A stretch of 64,000 nucleotides of DNA from Lama glama (taxonomy: Eukaryota), in NCBI GenBank assembly GCA_028534125.1, contig CM052817.1, positions 124,001-188,000 on the forward strand, given 5' to 3'. The notes beneath the pieces were generated by a model. It ran no database searches. It saw nothing but the letters and a program-made list of their open reading frames with translations, and had not been told where the DNA came from. The position numbers and the translations under genes were made by a program. How positions within the stretch are numbered: position 1 is the first letter of the stretch; every line of letters begins with the position of its first letter. Below are positions 1-15,579 of the stretch, piece after piece.

Positions 1-238
1 GTGGGCCTCGTTCTGGTCCTGTGGCCCCTCTGAGGGTGGCAGACAGCTAACCTCCAAGGCCTAGGGGCTAGGCCCTCAGCAAAAGCAAGGATCACATGTC
101 CCCCTAACACCCGTGACTGCTTCTCCCTCCCCCCAGAGAAGGACCCACTGGACCAGTGCCCTCCACTGTGGGGCTCACTGGAGCAGCAACTGTTTCTGAA
201 AATCCAGGTGGAGGGCAAAAACTGAGTAACACAAGTAC

Positions 239-337
239 CTTCTGCCAGTTCTCTCTCGATCCGCTTCAGTTCATCCTGCTTCTTTTTCTCCTCAGCGGCT
301 ATCCTCCTCTCCTCTTCTGCCCGAGGTTTCAGGTAAT
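239..337 (-). CDS. ATP5ME: ATP5ME exon 3 (NYLKPRAEEERRIAAEEKKKQDELKRIERELAE); last exon not found, presumably left of the window
   Basis: AG acceptor 339-338, GT donor 238-237; 99 nt; typical subunit e coiled coil. Confidence 0.96.
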
Positions 338-887
338 CTGTTTAAGGAAATCAGTGGGGGGGGCACTCTCAATCAACCTCTTCACTGAAATGCTGCATAA
401 AAGCAATTTAGTCCACAGGCAAAGTTATCTTCAGATGCATTGCGAACGCCAGAGGCGACTGCTTTCCACTCTTTTCCTGCATGTAGGTAAAGCCCGACAT
501 TCACCCAACAGAGAGCCCAACCCAAAGGGCAGCTACAGGATCCCCGCGGCCACCCCAGACGCTCTGCTCTCTCGCTCGGTCCTCTGTGATGAAAGGAGCT
601 GCCTCGAGTCAGACTGCAGCACTCCCACACACCCTCAGGACCAGTTTTAACAAAAATCAACTGCTTCCAGTTCCCTGGACGGTACCTGGCATCAAAAGGC
701 GCTCGTCCCGGCTGCCTGAGACGGGCTACGAGCCTGCTGTGGCCGCGCTCGAGGGTCGGCCCGCTTGGCCTCCGGGTCCGACACCTCCCACCCTGCCCCC
801 TCTCCGGCCTGAACGCGTTTACTTCGGGGCACCAGGAAGCCCAAACTGGCCTCGAGAAGCCCCGTGCGCGCGCCGCGGGTCACTCAC

Positions 888-942
888 TGTAGCGCTTGGC
901 TCCGTAGGCCATGCCGAGGAACAGGGCGGAGTAGCGGCCAAG
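888..942 (-). CDS. ATP5ME: ATP5ME exon 2 (LGRYSALFLGMAYGAKRY, transmembrane segment)
   Basis: AG acceptor 944-943, GTGAGT donor from 887; 55 nt, in frame with exons 1 and 3. Confidence 0.97.
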
Positions 943-1196
943 CTGCGGGGAAAGGGCGGTCAGAGGCGGCGGCCGCGGGGGGCTTCTCGGCCCGCGGGGT
1001 CGGGGCGCGGGGCGGGGCTCCCGGGAAGGGGGTGGAGGGGGGAGGGAGGGGGTCGCAGCCGCCGGGTCGCGGCGGGGAGCAGTGAGAGGGGTGATCGCCC
1101 CGCTGGGTCGGGGACTGGGCCGGGAGTCCCGCGCTCCGCGGAGTTGCACACGGGCAGGCCCACGCGGAGCCGAGCACCGGCCGAGCACCAGTTCAC

Positions 1197-1232
1197 CTTG
1201 ATGAGCGGAGAGACTTGCACCGGCGGCACCAT
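1197..1232 (-). CDS. ATP5ME: ATP synthase F0 subunit e, coding exon 1 (MVPPVQVSPLIK)
   Basis: ATG at 1232-1230; peptide matches the ATP5ME/ATP5I N-terminus; GT donor at 1196-1195. Confidence 0.97.
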
Positions 1233-4200
1233 CTTGTCCGTGACCTTCGCACCGGAAGCACAATCCCGACCAAGGAGGACGCAGCCAAAGCCCGGAAAAC
1301 CGTGGAGACGCCAAAAAAAAAAACAAAAACAACCAATCACGCACCCTAGCGAGCGCATGCGCTATGGGGAGCGAGCAGGTGTGTGGGGCGCGCCCCCTGG
1401 TGGCCCCGAGGGGAAACGGCGCGCGCGCGCGCCCGTTCGAGGAGTGACGTCACCCGGCGCCGCTGGATTGGTTGCTCATGCGCAATGTTCCGGGCGGTGC
1501 CGCGGGTACTCACCCTGGGGGATTAAAACTCTCGCAGACCCTGATGTTTTCAGGCATGGTTGAGCCCAAAATCGAGGTCCGGACACCATAGGTATAACAT
1601 ATTGGAAAAGTATAAGTCCTCCTTATAAAGTACAAAATAGAGCGCTCCCCATCCTCCTGCCCTGGGCTGTCCCGCCCCGCCCACGCTGCAGCGCGTTCCC
1701 CAGCCACCCTAGGCCTGTCCATGCTTGAGGCCGCCCCAGGTCAGCCCCGAGGACGGCCCGGGAAGGGACTCCAGGCTCTGGTCAGAGAATTTGGGGTCGT
1801 CCTGATGCAGGGTGTGACCTGAGTCAGGCGGGCTACCCCTGGGCAGGTCCATTGCCCAGGCCCCTCGCCTTGTGGAGAAGGGTGGCAGCGGCTGGCCCCC
1901 CTGGACTCAGAGCCCTGTCCTGGGGCCATACTGCCTGGGGTGCCCCCTCCCGCACGTGACCAGCCCCAATACCAACCCCCCAGCAGAGCTACAGCTTCCT
2001 CACCCCAGGAACCACTCCAGCAGAGGGGGTTGGGGTCCTCCTGGGAAGTCCACTCCAGCAGAGCTTGCTTCCTGCGTCTCCCAGACTCCTGCCCTCAGGA
2101 CCGTGCAGCCCCAAGCTCAAAGGTACATCTCAACCCAGGAATCCCCAGAGGGGCCCTGGCTCTCACTTATGCTGCCCTCTGCTGGGGAGGCACGATTCTC
2201 ACTGGCGGGGTACTCTGTATCCTCAGAGGAGACGCCTGTCTCCCTCAGCTCTGTGGTCAGCCCCAGTTAAGGAGCAGCTGGGCCAGCCGCTGTATACAGA
2301 GGGGCTGCCCAGAGATGGGGCAGTGGTGGCCAGACAGCCTCCCAGCTGAGCAAGCTGTGCTTACACACGGTTCCCATGGCAACGGGGCTTGGGGGTTTGG
2401 TGGAGGACCACCCACCCCATGGGCAGGGCTCTGCTCCCAGCATAAGCTCCCTGAGAACCAGGGCCTGGGGCTCCACTATGGAGGGAGACCATGCTTCTGT
2501 TTCTAAAGGGGACCTGTGATTCTAAAGAGAACAGAATGCAGAGACAAAAACTCCAGGATAGGTAGCAGGTGCTCAGTAAATCTGCACCAAGGGGAGGCTC
2601 CAAGGGCGGCTCCAGGGGTTTGGGCAGAGCCTGCTCTCTCTCCACTCACTGGGGAGTCCTGGCTCTGGGCCTCCCAGCAAGGAAACTAGAAAATCACCTG
2701 TATCCTGGGCTGGGAGTGGGAACAGTGAGGCCAATCCTATAGGGCAGCTGGGCCCTTATCTGAACCCTCTGAGGGTCCTGCCTCCAGAGGCTTCTGCAGG
2801 CCTGGGATCAGGGGAGGGCCTCGCTAGCCCCCACCCCCACAGCACTGCTCCCTGAGGAAGCTGTAAGTGCAACTGACCACCACAAGGCCCAGAGTCAACC
2901 TTCTCCACTGCCACCAGGCAGTGCTGAGACCACCCCCACGACCCGCCCTCCGCCTGACCTTGCCCTTGAGCAGCTGGGCAGGTGACCTCAGGGGACAAAC
3001 ATATTCTCCCTTCCCTGGGGTTTTAAATAAACCAGACTTCTCAGCAACTCCTGCTCCAGAATCAAAAATAAGGGTTTGTTGGGCTGGAGGTGGACGAGAG
3101 TATTAGTAATAGCTTCACTGTGGGGGTGGCAATCAGCAGAGGACACACACAGGTACAGGAACACATGCACACAAAGCCCCCCAGGAAAGACCCCTGAAGT
3201 GAGGGGTGGGGGGGAGACCCACATTGGCCCAGGGTCCTTCCTGGGGACTGTAGGGGGTTAGTGGGGAGGCATCCCACCTGGCTCGGGACGCAGGGGCGGC
3301 CTGCTGGTGTCCACTCTGAATCCTGATATTCTCCCAGGAGCCAGGCTCCACCGCTGTCTTTAATGCTGTGCTCAGACCCACGCCAGCCCCAGGAAACCTC
3401 CCAGTGGCTCCGCTAGCCTCTTCTGGCTTTCCCCAAGTCATGACCTTCTGAGCACAGATCCCACAAGCCTTCCCCTCTCAGTGGAGCGCTCCCCACTCCT
3501 GTAGCCTGGCCGAGGTCGGACCAGGTGTCACACCCAGACCCTGCCTGGCTGGGAGTGGCAGGGTCCCTGTGCAGCCAGGCCCAGGTCTCCCCAGTTAGTC
3601 ACACGTTCGCCCTCTGGGGTCCTCTAGGCAGAGCCCCCCGGAAGCCCCTAGGTTCCTCCAGTTGGATGTGTGAATGGTGAGCTGGCCCTGGGGTCTCGGC
3701 TGGCAGCACTTAAGGGGTGCCATGTGACCAAAGGTGTGTGCCCCCCCCCGAGGAGCAGGGCACCCCTGTTTTCCAGCTTCAGCAGGTGCTGTGTGGCTCA
3801 GAGACATGCCCCAACCCCACCCAGACCTGTCCTGGGGGCTAGGAAAACTTGTTCTCCAGATGTGAAACTGCAGAATCCTGTCTGCCCACTTCCCTCTCCC
3901 CTAGGCCTCCTCCTCCTGCTAGGCCTGCAGACCCCCATTCTTCCCAGCCCCTGACTCTGCACTTCCCCCAACCAGGGACCTCCGATGTCTGGCACCACCA
4001 ACGGACACCTGGGCCAGTTTCCCTCCCCAGACATTGCCGACGGGCCCCTGGTGTAGCGGGAAGACCTGTCTGAGTGCGGGGCCCAGTTCCGCCCATTTGG
4101 GCTATCCTCCATCTCAAAAATGTTATCCCCCACTGTGTGCCAGGCAAGGAGCTCCCTGCCATGGGGACAGGAGGGGTGGCCCCAAGGCTGGGGTCAGGGG

Positions 4201-4669
4201 CCCTGGAACTTCTCTGCCACCAAATCAGGGAGGTGAGGGCACACAAAACTTGTTCAGGGGAACACTTGATGACTGGCCACCAGGGCTATTCACAGCAACT
4301 CTGCAAATCTGGGAAAGGCCCTCCTTCCTCTGCTCCTGGAGCCCCCAGGCCCTCACCCACAAGCAGGTGGCCCTGGATATGCACAGAATCCAGGAAAACA
4401 AAGGCTCCAGAGTTGAAGGGACAGATGTGGAGGTGCCGGGGAGGCTGGGGGCCTGTTGGACGGGCAGGATGAGGGCGTCTGACTGACGTCTGACTGACCG
4501 CTGGCTGCCAAAGCTCACTCTGCAATTGTCTGGTCCCCGGGGAACCCTGAGCCTGTCCTTGTAGGGAGTGGCAGCCAGAGTCTGAGCTGTCCTGGGGGAC
4601 TGGGTATGAGCTTAAGACGGGTGACCTGGGCAGGGAGGGCACAGACCATCGCATCAGGCAGACCCAGGC

Positions 4670-7600
4670 ATGGTGAGTGCTGCGTTCACACATGTGAGTG
4701 TGTCTGTCCATGATGTGTGTGTGCAACTGCGTGGATGAGTGTGTGTGCACATATCACATGAGCCAGTGTGCTCTGTGTGAGTGTGTGTACGCACGTGAGG
4801 GTGTGCATGTGCTGGGCTGGTGGGGGATCTGTATGCCATGACAATCCTGGGGACAGCCTGGGGCTGGAGGATGGTGTGTCCTGGCCTGCACCCTAGTGGG
4901 ACCCACTGAACAAGCCTGTCCATCAGCTGGCCACCTGCACAGGCCATTGCTCCCCCTGACAGGACTGCAGACAGAACCAGGCACAGTTCAGGATGAACCT
5001 TGGCCTCCTCAGGGACCCTCCGACCATGCCAAGCACCTGCAGTTGCCCCACCCCAGGACCCAGGCTCAGGGAACCCGGGAGCCCCAAGTGCCACGTCCAC
5101 TCATCCTCTGTATTGTCCCCGCAAATGCCTGGGTGCTGCCCAAGGAGACCCTCGGGCAAGCTGAGGGAGCCTCAGTCTTGGTGTTCTCATCTCAGGCCAG
5201 CAGGAAGACCAAGAAGGAAGAAGAGGGCCAGCATCTTCCCCAACTTTGAGCAGACCTGTCCAGGAGTTCAAGGAGGTGAGGCTTTGCCCTGGTACCAGGA
5301 GCCCCTCCACCCAGGAGCTCCTGCCTGAGGGGTCCCCTGGGAGTTGTAATGCAGGTGACAAGGCCCTGTACGAGCCTCATTCAGCACAGCCGAGTGACCC
5401 TGGCCTCCATTTCAGGCATTCATACTAATGGATCAGAACCGACATGGCTTCATTGACAAGGACCTAAAGGTCACCTATGCCTCCCTGTGTACATGCCCTG
5501 GGGCAAAAGTCCACCCTCCTGCAGGAGGGTCCTCCAGCCCTAGAGAGCCTTAAAGCCTGATCTGACCTCCCAGGGACTGTGAGGAGGTGGGCCAGGCCTC
5601 CCTGGGGAGAAACTCCCTTCTGGTTTGATCAGGGCTGGCAGAGGGCATCTTGGGGTGGGTGGCCCAGTCCAAGCATGGGCGTCCCAGAGCAGGAGATTGA
5701 GACCAGGGCTCTTGGGAGGGGCTAGCGCCTCCACATGGAAGAGGGGCTTGCCCTCAGACCTCCAGGCACTCATGGTAAGGGGGCCCAGGAATGGAGCTGG
5801 GAGAGGGCAGGGAAGCTCACTTACGCTCCCTGAAGAGCCCAAGGCTGGCCCTTCTCGGGCAGCACAGCCAGGCCTGCGCCCTCCCTCCACTCCCCATCTG
5901 GGGGCACTGTCCTTCACCTGGGGTGGTCCTGCCCTTGGAGCTGCAGAGAGCAGGCTGGTTTCTACTCGGGAGGTGCACTCCAACCCACCTTCCTCTGCCC
6001 AGGAAGCAGATCACAGACCTTCTGGGCTCCTCTCCCCTCCTCAGTCCAACTCCCAGGCTCAGGTCTGGGGTTCTGTTGACCACTCCTGGGCTCCCCTCCC
6101 TCCCCCAACCCGGGGCCCCCAGTTTTGTTCTGGGACGGCCCTGTGGGGCACCTGCACCACTAGGACCAGGGCTGGTGACATCCCCGCCCTCCACCCACCA
6201 CAGGCAAAACCAACGTCGAGGACGAGGAGCTGGACGCTATGGTCAGGGCGGCCTTGGGGCCCATCGGCTCCACGATGTTCCTCAACATGTTTGCAAAGAA
6301 GCTGAGCGGTGGCCGCAGGGCCAGCCTGCGGGTCTGCCGATGCCATGTGTGCGTTTACTTAGAAATCCTGACATCTCACATAAAACCCCATGGGTTCAGG
6401 ACTTGGCACCTGTGGGGCACCGTCAGCCCCCCAGCGGGTGAGCCAGCCTCTCTCCTCTGCCCGCTGGTGGAAGCCTCTGTCCCTCACTGAGCGCTGTCCC
6501 CCACCAGCTCTGGGCCTGGTGGGACGGTGGGGACCCTGAGAACAGGCCCCCCAGGGTGGAAGCTGAGAGTCTCCCAGGTGCTCAGGGCAGGAGGGCCATT
6601 CAGGCAGAGGGTATGGATCCCTGGGCAACCGTGGCTCATGCTTCCTGTGCGCAGGTATGGGCGCCGAGGAGACCATCCTCAGCGCATTCAAGATGCTGGA
6701 CCCCGACGGCAAAGGCAGCATTAACAAGGACGAGGGAGTGTGGCCACGGGCACCAGGCATCTCCCGGGTCTGAAGGACACCCAGCTTACCCCCCCCCCAG
6801 GTTCCGGGCTTTGACTGGCCTGCCCAGATCCTGGGTTGCTCAGCATAACTGAGGGCAGGACCAGTCCTACCCACCTGGGGTCAGTGGTCACTGCCACTCG
6901 GACTATCATGGGGTCCTTAGCCCCTTAGGGGGCTCCTTCGGCCAAGAACCGTGAATGGGCATATTCAGGGCTGAGAGTCAGGAAGGGCTCCCTGTGCCTC
7001 TCTTCCCACCCTGTGCGCGGGACTCCCCAGGGCCAGGCTCCCACGAGGCACCAGCAAAGAGCCCTGCCCCCCACGGAGGAGCCGTGGTGTAAACTGACCC
7101 CTCACAGGGCTCCCCTGGGGCTACCTGTCCTTTCCAGGTTGACCCCTTCCTCCAGATCAGCCTAATCCGCCCCCTCCCTCCCTGTCCTCAGCATCAGGAG
7201 GCTGCTGATGTCCCAGGCTGACAGGATGACTGCTGACGAGGTTTGGCCTTCGGTCCCCACCCCACCTTCTTCCCCCATGGCCCTCTGTGAAGTCCAAGGA
7301 TGGCCCTGGGGACTTGGGGGTCCGGAGGGGGATGTGCCCCAGCCCCCTAGAGACTGCAGCATTGGGGTGGGTGGGACACTCAGGGTCCAGGAAGGGGGAC
7401 GCCTGCCTCAGCCACACCTCTCGCTTTGCAGGGTCTCCCCCCCACCTCCCTTCCCCGCAAGCACAGAAACAAGACAGAGCCTGGAGTTTAGTGCCTGTAA
7501 TTCACCCTTTGGTCGTGACCTTGGGGACCCTTCCACTCTGCCCCCACCGCCTGGGCCTGACGCCCCCCACCAAACCCACAGGTAGACCAGATGTTCCAGT

Positions 7601-7714
7601 TCTCAACCATCGACACTGCTGGCAACCTGGACCGTAAGGCACTGAGCTATGTGCTCACTCATGGGGAGGAGAGGGAGTGAGGGCCCCCCCACCGGGTGTG
7701 GCCGGCTCAATAAA
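4670..7714 (+). pseudogene. MYL5: Myosin regulatory light chain 5, disrupted; exons 4670-4672, 5196-5275, 5416-5488, 6204-6308, 6655-6733, 7192-7240, 7582-7680; AATAAA 7709-7714
   Basis: Peptides ASRKTKKE, IFPNFEQT, QEFKE, AFILMDQNRHGFIDK, KTNVEDEELDAM, AEETILSAFKMLDPDGKG, IRRLLMSQADRMTADE, VDQMFQF...YVLTHGEERE* match MYL5. Exon 2 is split over three frames with TGA at 5247-5249; intron 5 donor is GG. Confidence 0.88.
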
Positions 7715-8186
7715 AGTGAACCCAAACCTGCCTGCAAGTGTCTCTGCCGGGGGGAGAAGCTGTTCCCCTGGGTGTGGGAGGGTCTGCCCAGGGCCCAGGG
7801 CCCACCCTCTGCTCCTCTCTCCAGCCCAGCCTGGCCCCACCTGCTCTCCCCACCTGTGCTGGCACCCAGCTGGAGGTCTGTCATTCAGTCGTCAGCAGAG
7901 GCTAAGAGTGGCTCTGGGAGAGATCCTTTAAGGGAGGCCTTCCCCACACCTGTCCATTACAGGCTCAGCCATGCAGGGGCCCCCAGCGGCCCCAACCCAA
8001 CAGTTCCCCTCTGCCTATGCCCCCCAGGCCAGCCCAGCCTCCCCACACATAGTCCCTTCATCAGATACCCTGAGTCTGGCCTGACCCCTGGGGCATCAGC
8101 CTGGTCAGTGGCTTCCTGTCTACAGAGCAGCAGCTCCTGCTACAGCCATAGAGTGTCCCCTGGGCCAGCTTGCCAGGTCCTGGGTG

Positions 8187-8192
8187 TTTAAT
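8187..8192 (-). terminator. SLC49A3: Candidate SLC49A3 polyadenylation signal (ATTAAA)
   Basis: tttaat on the plus strand, about 220 nt past the stop codon. Confidence 0.5.
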
Positions 8193-8408
8193 GCCCCAAG
8201 TCCCCCCGGATTCTGACACCGTCCCAGGCACAGTCATGACTGGCACAGCCGGGGTGACCAGAGCCTGCCTCTCCCCACCTCCCCTTCGTGTCCCCAGGCC
8301 TGCTTCTTGACACACTAAGCTACCTTGGCCTCTAGCCCTCTGCAGGGCCCCCATGATGTCCCTGGGGGGCCCGGGGGGCCCAGGGCTCCCAGGCGGAGGG
8401 AGGCAGGG

Positions 8409-8873
<465 letters not shown>

Positions 8874-8939
8874 TCACTGCGTCAGGTCTGGAGACGTGGC
8901 GTGCAGCAGCCCTTTCTCCGACTGTTTCTCTGCCTCTAC

Positions 8940-9243
8940 GTCTCTCTCTGTCTCCGTCTCTCTCTGTCTCTCTGCCTTTCTCTGTCTCTGTCTCTGTCTC
9001 TCTCTGTTCCTCTGTCTCTCTCTCTCTGTCTCTGTCTCTCTCTGTCTCTGCCTCTCTCTGTCTCTGTCTCTGTCTCTGCCTCTCTCTGTCTCTGCCTCTC
9101 TCTGTCTCTGTCTCTGTCTCTCTCTGTCTCTGTCTCTCTCTGTCCCTCTGCCTCTCTCTGTCTCTGTCTCTGTCTCTGCCTCTCTCTGTCTCTGCCTCTC
9201 TCTGTCTCTGTCTCTGTCTCTGCCTCTCTCTGTCTGTCTCTCT
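8940..9243. repeat. Compound (TC)n/(TCTCTG)n/(TCTGCC)n microsatellite in SLC49A3 intron 9
   Basis: Directly visible pyrimidine-rich tandem array of about 300 bp. Confidence 0.97.
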
Positions 9244-9277
9244 AGCTTTCTCCCTGACCTCATCTCAGAAGCACTCA

Positions 9278-9694
<417 letters not shown>

Positions 9695-9778
9695 TCAGTG
9701 TGGGCTCCAGTGGCCGGCCCAGGCCTGCACACAGCAGGCACTCAGAAGACTTTGGCTCTTGCCAGAGCAGGCAGGTCA

Positions 9779-10610
<832 letters not shown>

Positions 10611-10950
10611 TCAGCCCTACTCCAGGAACTCCTGCTAGAGAGAAAGGGCCTGGCTCCTGCAGGTGCCCCTCAGTGCCTGTCACCCCTGGAGAACTGGGGA
10701 CACGTGGGGCCTGAACCCCACACCCAGGGCTGATGCCAGACGTGGAGGGTACAGCAGGAAATGCTGTGAGCAGAGCAAGGCCTTCCCCTCTGCATCTCCA
10801 AATCTCAGAGGAGACCCGCAGGGCTGGGGTCGAGTAGGGCATGGGGGAAAGTGCCACACAAAATACCTGGGAAATGCACCTGGGTAGAGCTGCCACCCCT
10901 CCCCATGGGGGCCACCCTGCTGCAGACAAATTTTCACACACAGCATCTTA

Positions 10951-11545
<595 letters not shown>

Positions 11546-12404
11546 TTACGCTGCTGCTCCGGGCTCTGGAGGCACACCACCCCCTTGCAGGCCGCCTCCA
11601 CCTGTCACCCCTAGATGGACACCCAGAGCTTGTGGTGGGCCTGCTCTGCGTTGCTTCATTTGGAACTCAGCTTTCAAGACACCACCCAAGGGTAGCTCCA
11701 TTAGCTTGACCTTAGCCTGACCCTCTCTGGGAGCCCCAGACTCAGCTGTCCAACTGCCAACTGGACTGCCTTCCCTACCTCTGTGCATGACCCCAACACT
11801 CACCCAGCTGCTTGGCTGGAAGCCCTTCTCTCCTCAGCACACCTGCAAACCCTCCCCCTACCCGATCAAAGCCCTGGCTCTCTCCCTGAGTCATTCTGGA
11901 CAGGATCAAGTCATTCTGCCCCCTCAGACCCCCCACTCAGGGTATCCATCACACCAACATCAACTGCCTGCCACCGGGGCTGACCCTGCCCTCTATCCTC
12001 CCCTTGCTGCGGCCTCTGGCTGCAGACCCCACCCCTCAACCTCATGTCCACCTCAGGGCCTTTCTCCACTGGCCCCTTGTTTCCCTCTCGGCTACCCACC
12101 CCGCTCCGTCTCCTCCTGCTCCAGGGAGCCCCTGGCCCTACCAAGGAGACCACCCAACATCCTGGTCCCTGGAGTTGTGCCTGATACTGAGGAGGTGCCC
12201 CATACCTGCACAGGTGGGAATCCCTCGTGGACTGAGTGCACTCTCCGGGCGGCTGTAGGAAGCGGCGAATGCACACACACAGACAGGCATGCACGCAAGT
12301 GCACACACACTAGTACACACATCCCACGAATACGCACACACGCGTGACACACCAGACACCACACACAGGTGCACACACACGCCTGCACCCGTGAGCTCCC
12401 TCAC

Positions 12405-12481
12405 CATCACGGGGATGTCCTCCTCCTTCCTCACCAGGGCCGGAGACAGCAGGTTGGCCGCCAGGACACCCAGGGGGTTGG
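12405..12481 (-). CDS. SLC49A3: SLC49A3 exon 4 (SNPLGVLAANLLSPALVRKEEDIPVM)
   Basis: AG/GT boundaries, 77 nt. Confidence 0.95.
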
Positions 12482-12622
12482 CTGGACAGGCGGGACACAC
12501 CTAGGCTCAGCATGACAGGCTTGGCCCCCGTCCACAGGGGGGCCCCCAGCCCTCTGAGAGCCGGGAGTGCACAGGTGCTGTGCCAGAGCAGAGGGCGCGA
12601 GCAGAGGAGACGGTCGGCCTCA

Positions 12623-13356
<734 letters not shown>

Positions 13357-15579
13357 TCACCTGGTCACCCAAAGAGAAGGCCCCGGGTGGGGCTCATACT
13401 GTGCTCAGGCCGTGGACCAGCATCACCCTGGCAGGCATGGTCCTGGGGACAGGCAGAGGCCAACGACCTGGCTGGAGGCTCCAGGAGAGCGAGCCCCACT
13501 GGGACTAACCCTCCAAGGATAAGGCCCAAGGGCTGTCAGCAGAAGAGAGGCGTCCACCATGTTGGGGGCACTGTGTGGTGGGTGGGCATGAAGGAGTCTA
13601 GACCAGGTGCTGGACAGAAAAGGGGAGGTTGGAAGAGAGGGTAGGGGTGAGGGGAGCCAGTGGCCCTGACCCCAGTCACGTGGACCGTCCAGGGCCACTC
13701 AGTGGACACACACTCAGCGCCTGTGGTGGGCACCCAGGAGGACAAGGGCCAGAGTTGGGAGGCCTGGAGCTGTGGAGGGTCCAAGTGGAAGGGGCAGTGG
13801 AAGGGTTGCTTTCACTGGGTCGGGGGCTTGAGGGGGGTCCAAAAGGCATCTTCGGCCTGTCTGCAAAGGTGGTGATTGGGCCCTGGGGGGAACCACCCAA
13901 ATTACATGCCAGCCTGACCTTCTCTACAGGAGACCCTTGTGTTTGGGGGGTGAGACATTTTCCAGCCACAGGTTCTGTCAAGTGCTGGGACCTTTAATCC
14001 TGCAGGCCTGCAGCAGACAGCGAGTGTGGCTGGGTCAGCAGAGAAGGCTTCCTGGAGGAAGCGAGACACCCGCTGGTCCCCAAAGGACGGGTGGGCCAAG
14101 AGGAGAGGAGGGGCTCAGCAAGGCTTAGTGCAGGGGGGCGGGGGGAGGCAGCCAGGCTCGGCCCCGAGAGGACGGTGTCACAAGTCACAGTCCACCATCG
14201 CTCCAGCCCTGAAAGCACCAGGAGTGGGGGAGCTCGCCCCAGACCAGGCCCTCCACGGTGAGGGCAGCAAGATCCAGGCTTCGTGACCCAAGCAAAGCCG
14301 TGACCACAAGGCCCCACATGACAGCGAGCTTGGGTAGCAGCTGCCTTTCCTTCCTGTTTTCGGGACAGAGCCAGGGACAGATCTCCCAGATTCAGAAAGA
14401 GCGCCCACACAGGCCCAGCTGGCTCTGCCCCCCGGACCCATCTGCGAGGAGGCCTGGGGTCTGTTTTCCACACCTGCGCTGCTGAGGAGCCCGCCTCTCC
14501 AGACTCGCCCGTCCTCGTCCCTGCCCAGAGCTTGTGGCCAGTGGGGTGGAGATGGGTCTAAAACACACAGGGCAACCTGGGGCCGAGCTTGTCCCCGCTG
14601 CACAAGAATTCCCTCCTGCTTGCTCCCAGCCCTGCCAGGTGCCTCCTCACGTCGCCTTGAGAATGCTGGCAGCCACTGCACATGCTGACCCTCACCCAGA
14701 CCCACTTTGGGAGCCTGGACCTCATTCCGGGCACGGCTCCACCTGCACTCACGCTGCCCTCTCAGAACCCAAGAGCCCTGGTCTTGTGGCTGCAGGCGAA
14801 GTCAGAAAGGGGCAAAGTGGACCTGGCCAGGGAACACCTGGCGGAGCACCACCGTGACCATGGCAGGGATCACGACAGCTCCTGGTGTGACTCTTGTTTG
14901 CTCCATAACGTCTTGTGAATAAGAGAAGTCAGCAGGACACCCTCGGTGTCCAAGGATCTTCTCAAGACCACGTGCTTCCCGTCCCCTCTCAGACTCCCGG
15001 AAGCAGCAAGGGGTCTGGGAGAGACCCCTGCATGAATTCTCAGACCAACGCACCCAAATCCAGTTCTGGCTTCCCAGCATCTAGACACAAGGACCTGGTG
15101 AGTCCTGAAGAGGAAAGAGGTTTCTGGGTCATGGCAGACCCCAGGTCCATGCAGAGAGCTGGCCCTCCACACCCAGTCCAGCAAGGAAATGAGGAGAAAG
15201 GCCCTGAGGAGTCTGGAATGCCATCCAAGAGCAGGGGCTGCCTGGGAACCTCCCTGGGCCAGTGTCTCCCTGGGCTGTCCACGCCTGCTGGCCCCAAACC
15301 CCTCACGCATCTGTGCTTCCTGACTGCCTTGGCGCGAAGCCTCTCTGAACTGTGGGTCCTGTTGCCAACCTCAGCTTTGTACTGTGATTAAGTGGCCGCC
15401 AAATGCTGTCCAACCAGTCCCTGGGGTTCTGCGGGAGGCGGAGGGGTGGCAGGCAGAGGCCTCAGTACAAACGAGGTGAGGCAGGAGGGCCCCGAGTGGG
15501 GCAGTGCTGCAGCCTGACCCCTGAGTAGTGGCCATTCAAGGGTCAGGTGTAGGAAGTGCATGCGGAAGCCTGTCCAAGG

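Larger units (their letters stand above)
700..1520. promoter_or_regulatory. CpG-island promoter of ATP5ME, probably bidirectional
   Basis: Dense CpG; ETS/GABPA CCGGAAG 1252-1258; CCAAT 1333-1337 and ATTGG 1467-1471; NRF1 GCGCATGCGC 1353-1362; CTCF consensus 1390-1405; CRE TGACGTCA 1445-1452. Confidence 0.85.

Noticed and set aside
586..1563. 325-aa plus-strand ORF
   Set aside because: GC-rich antisense frame across the ATP5ME CpG island; low-complexity G/R/P product with no recognisable domain
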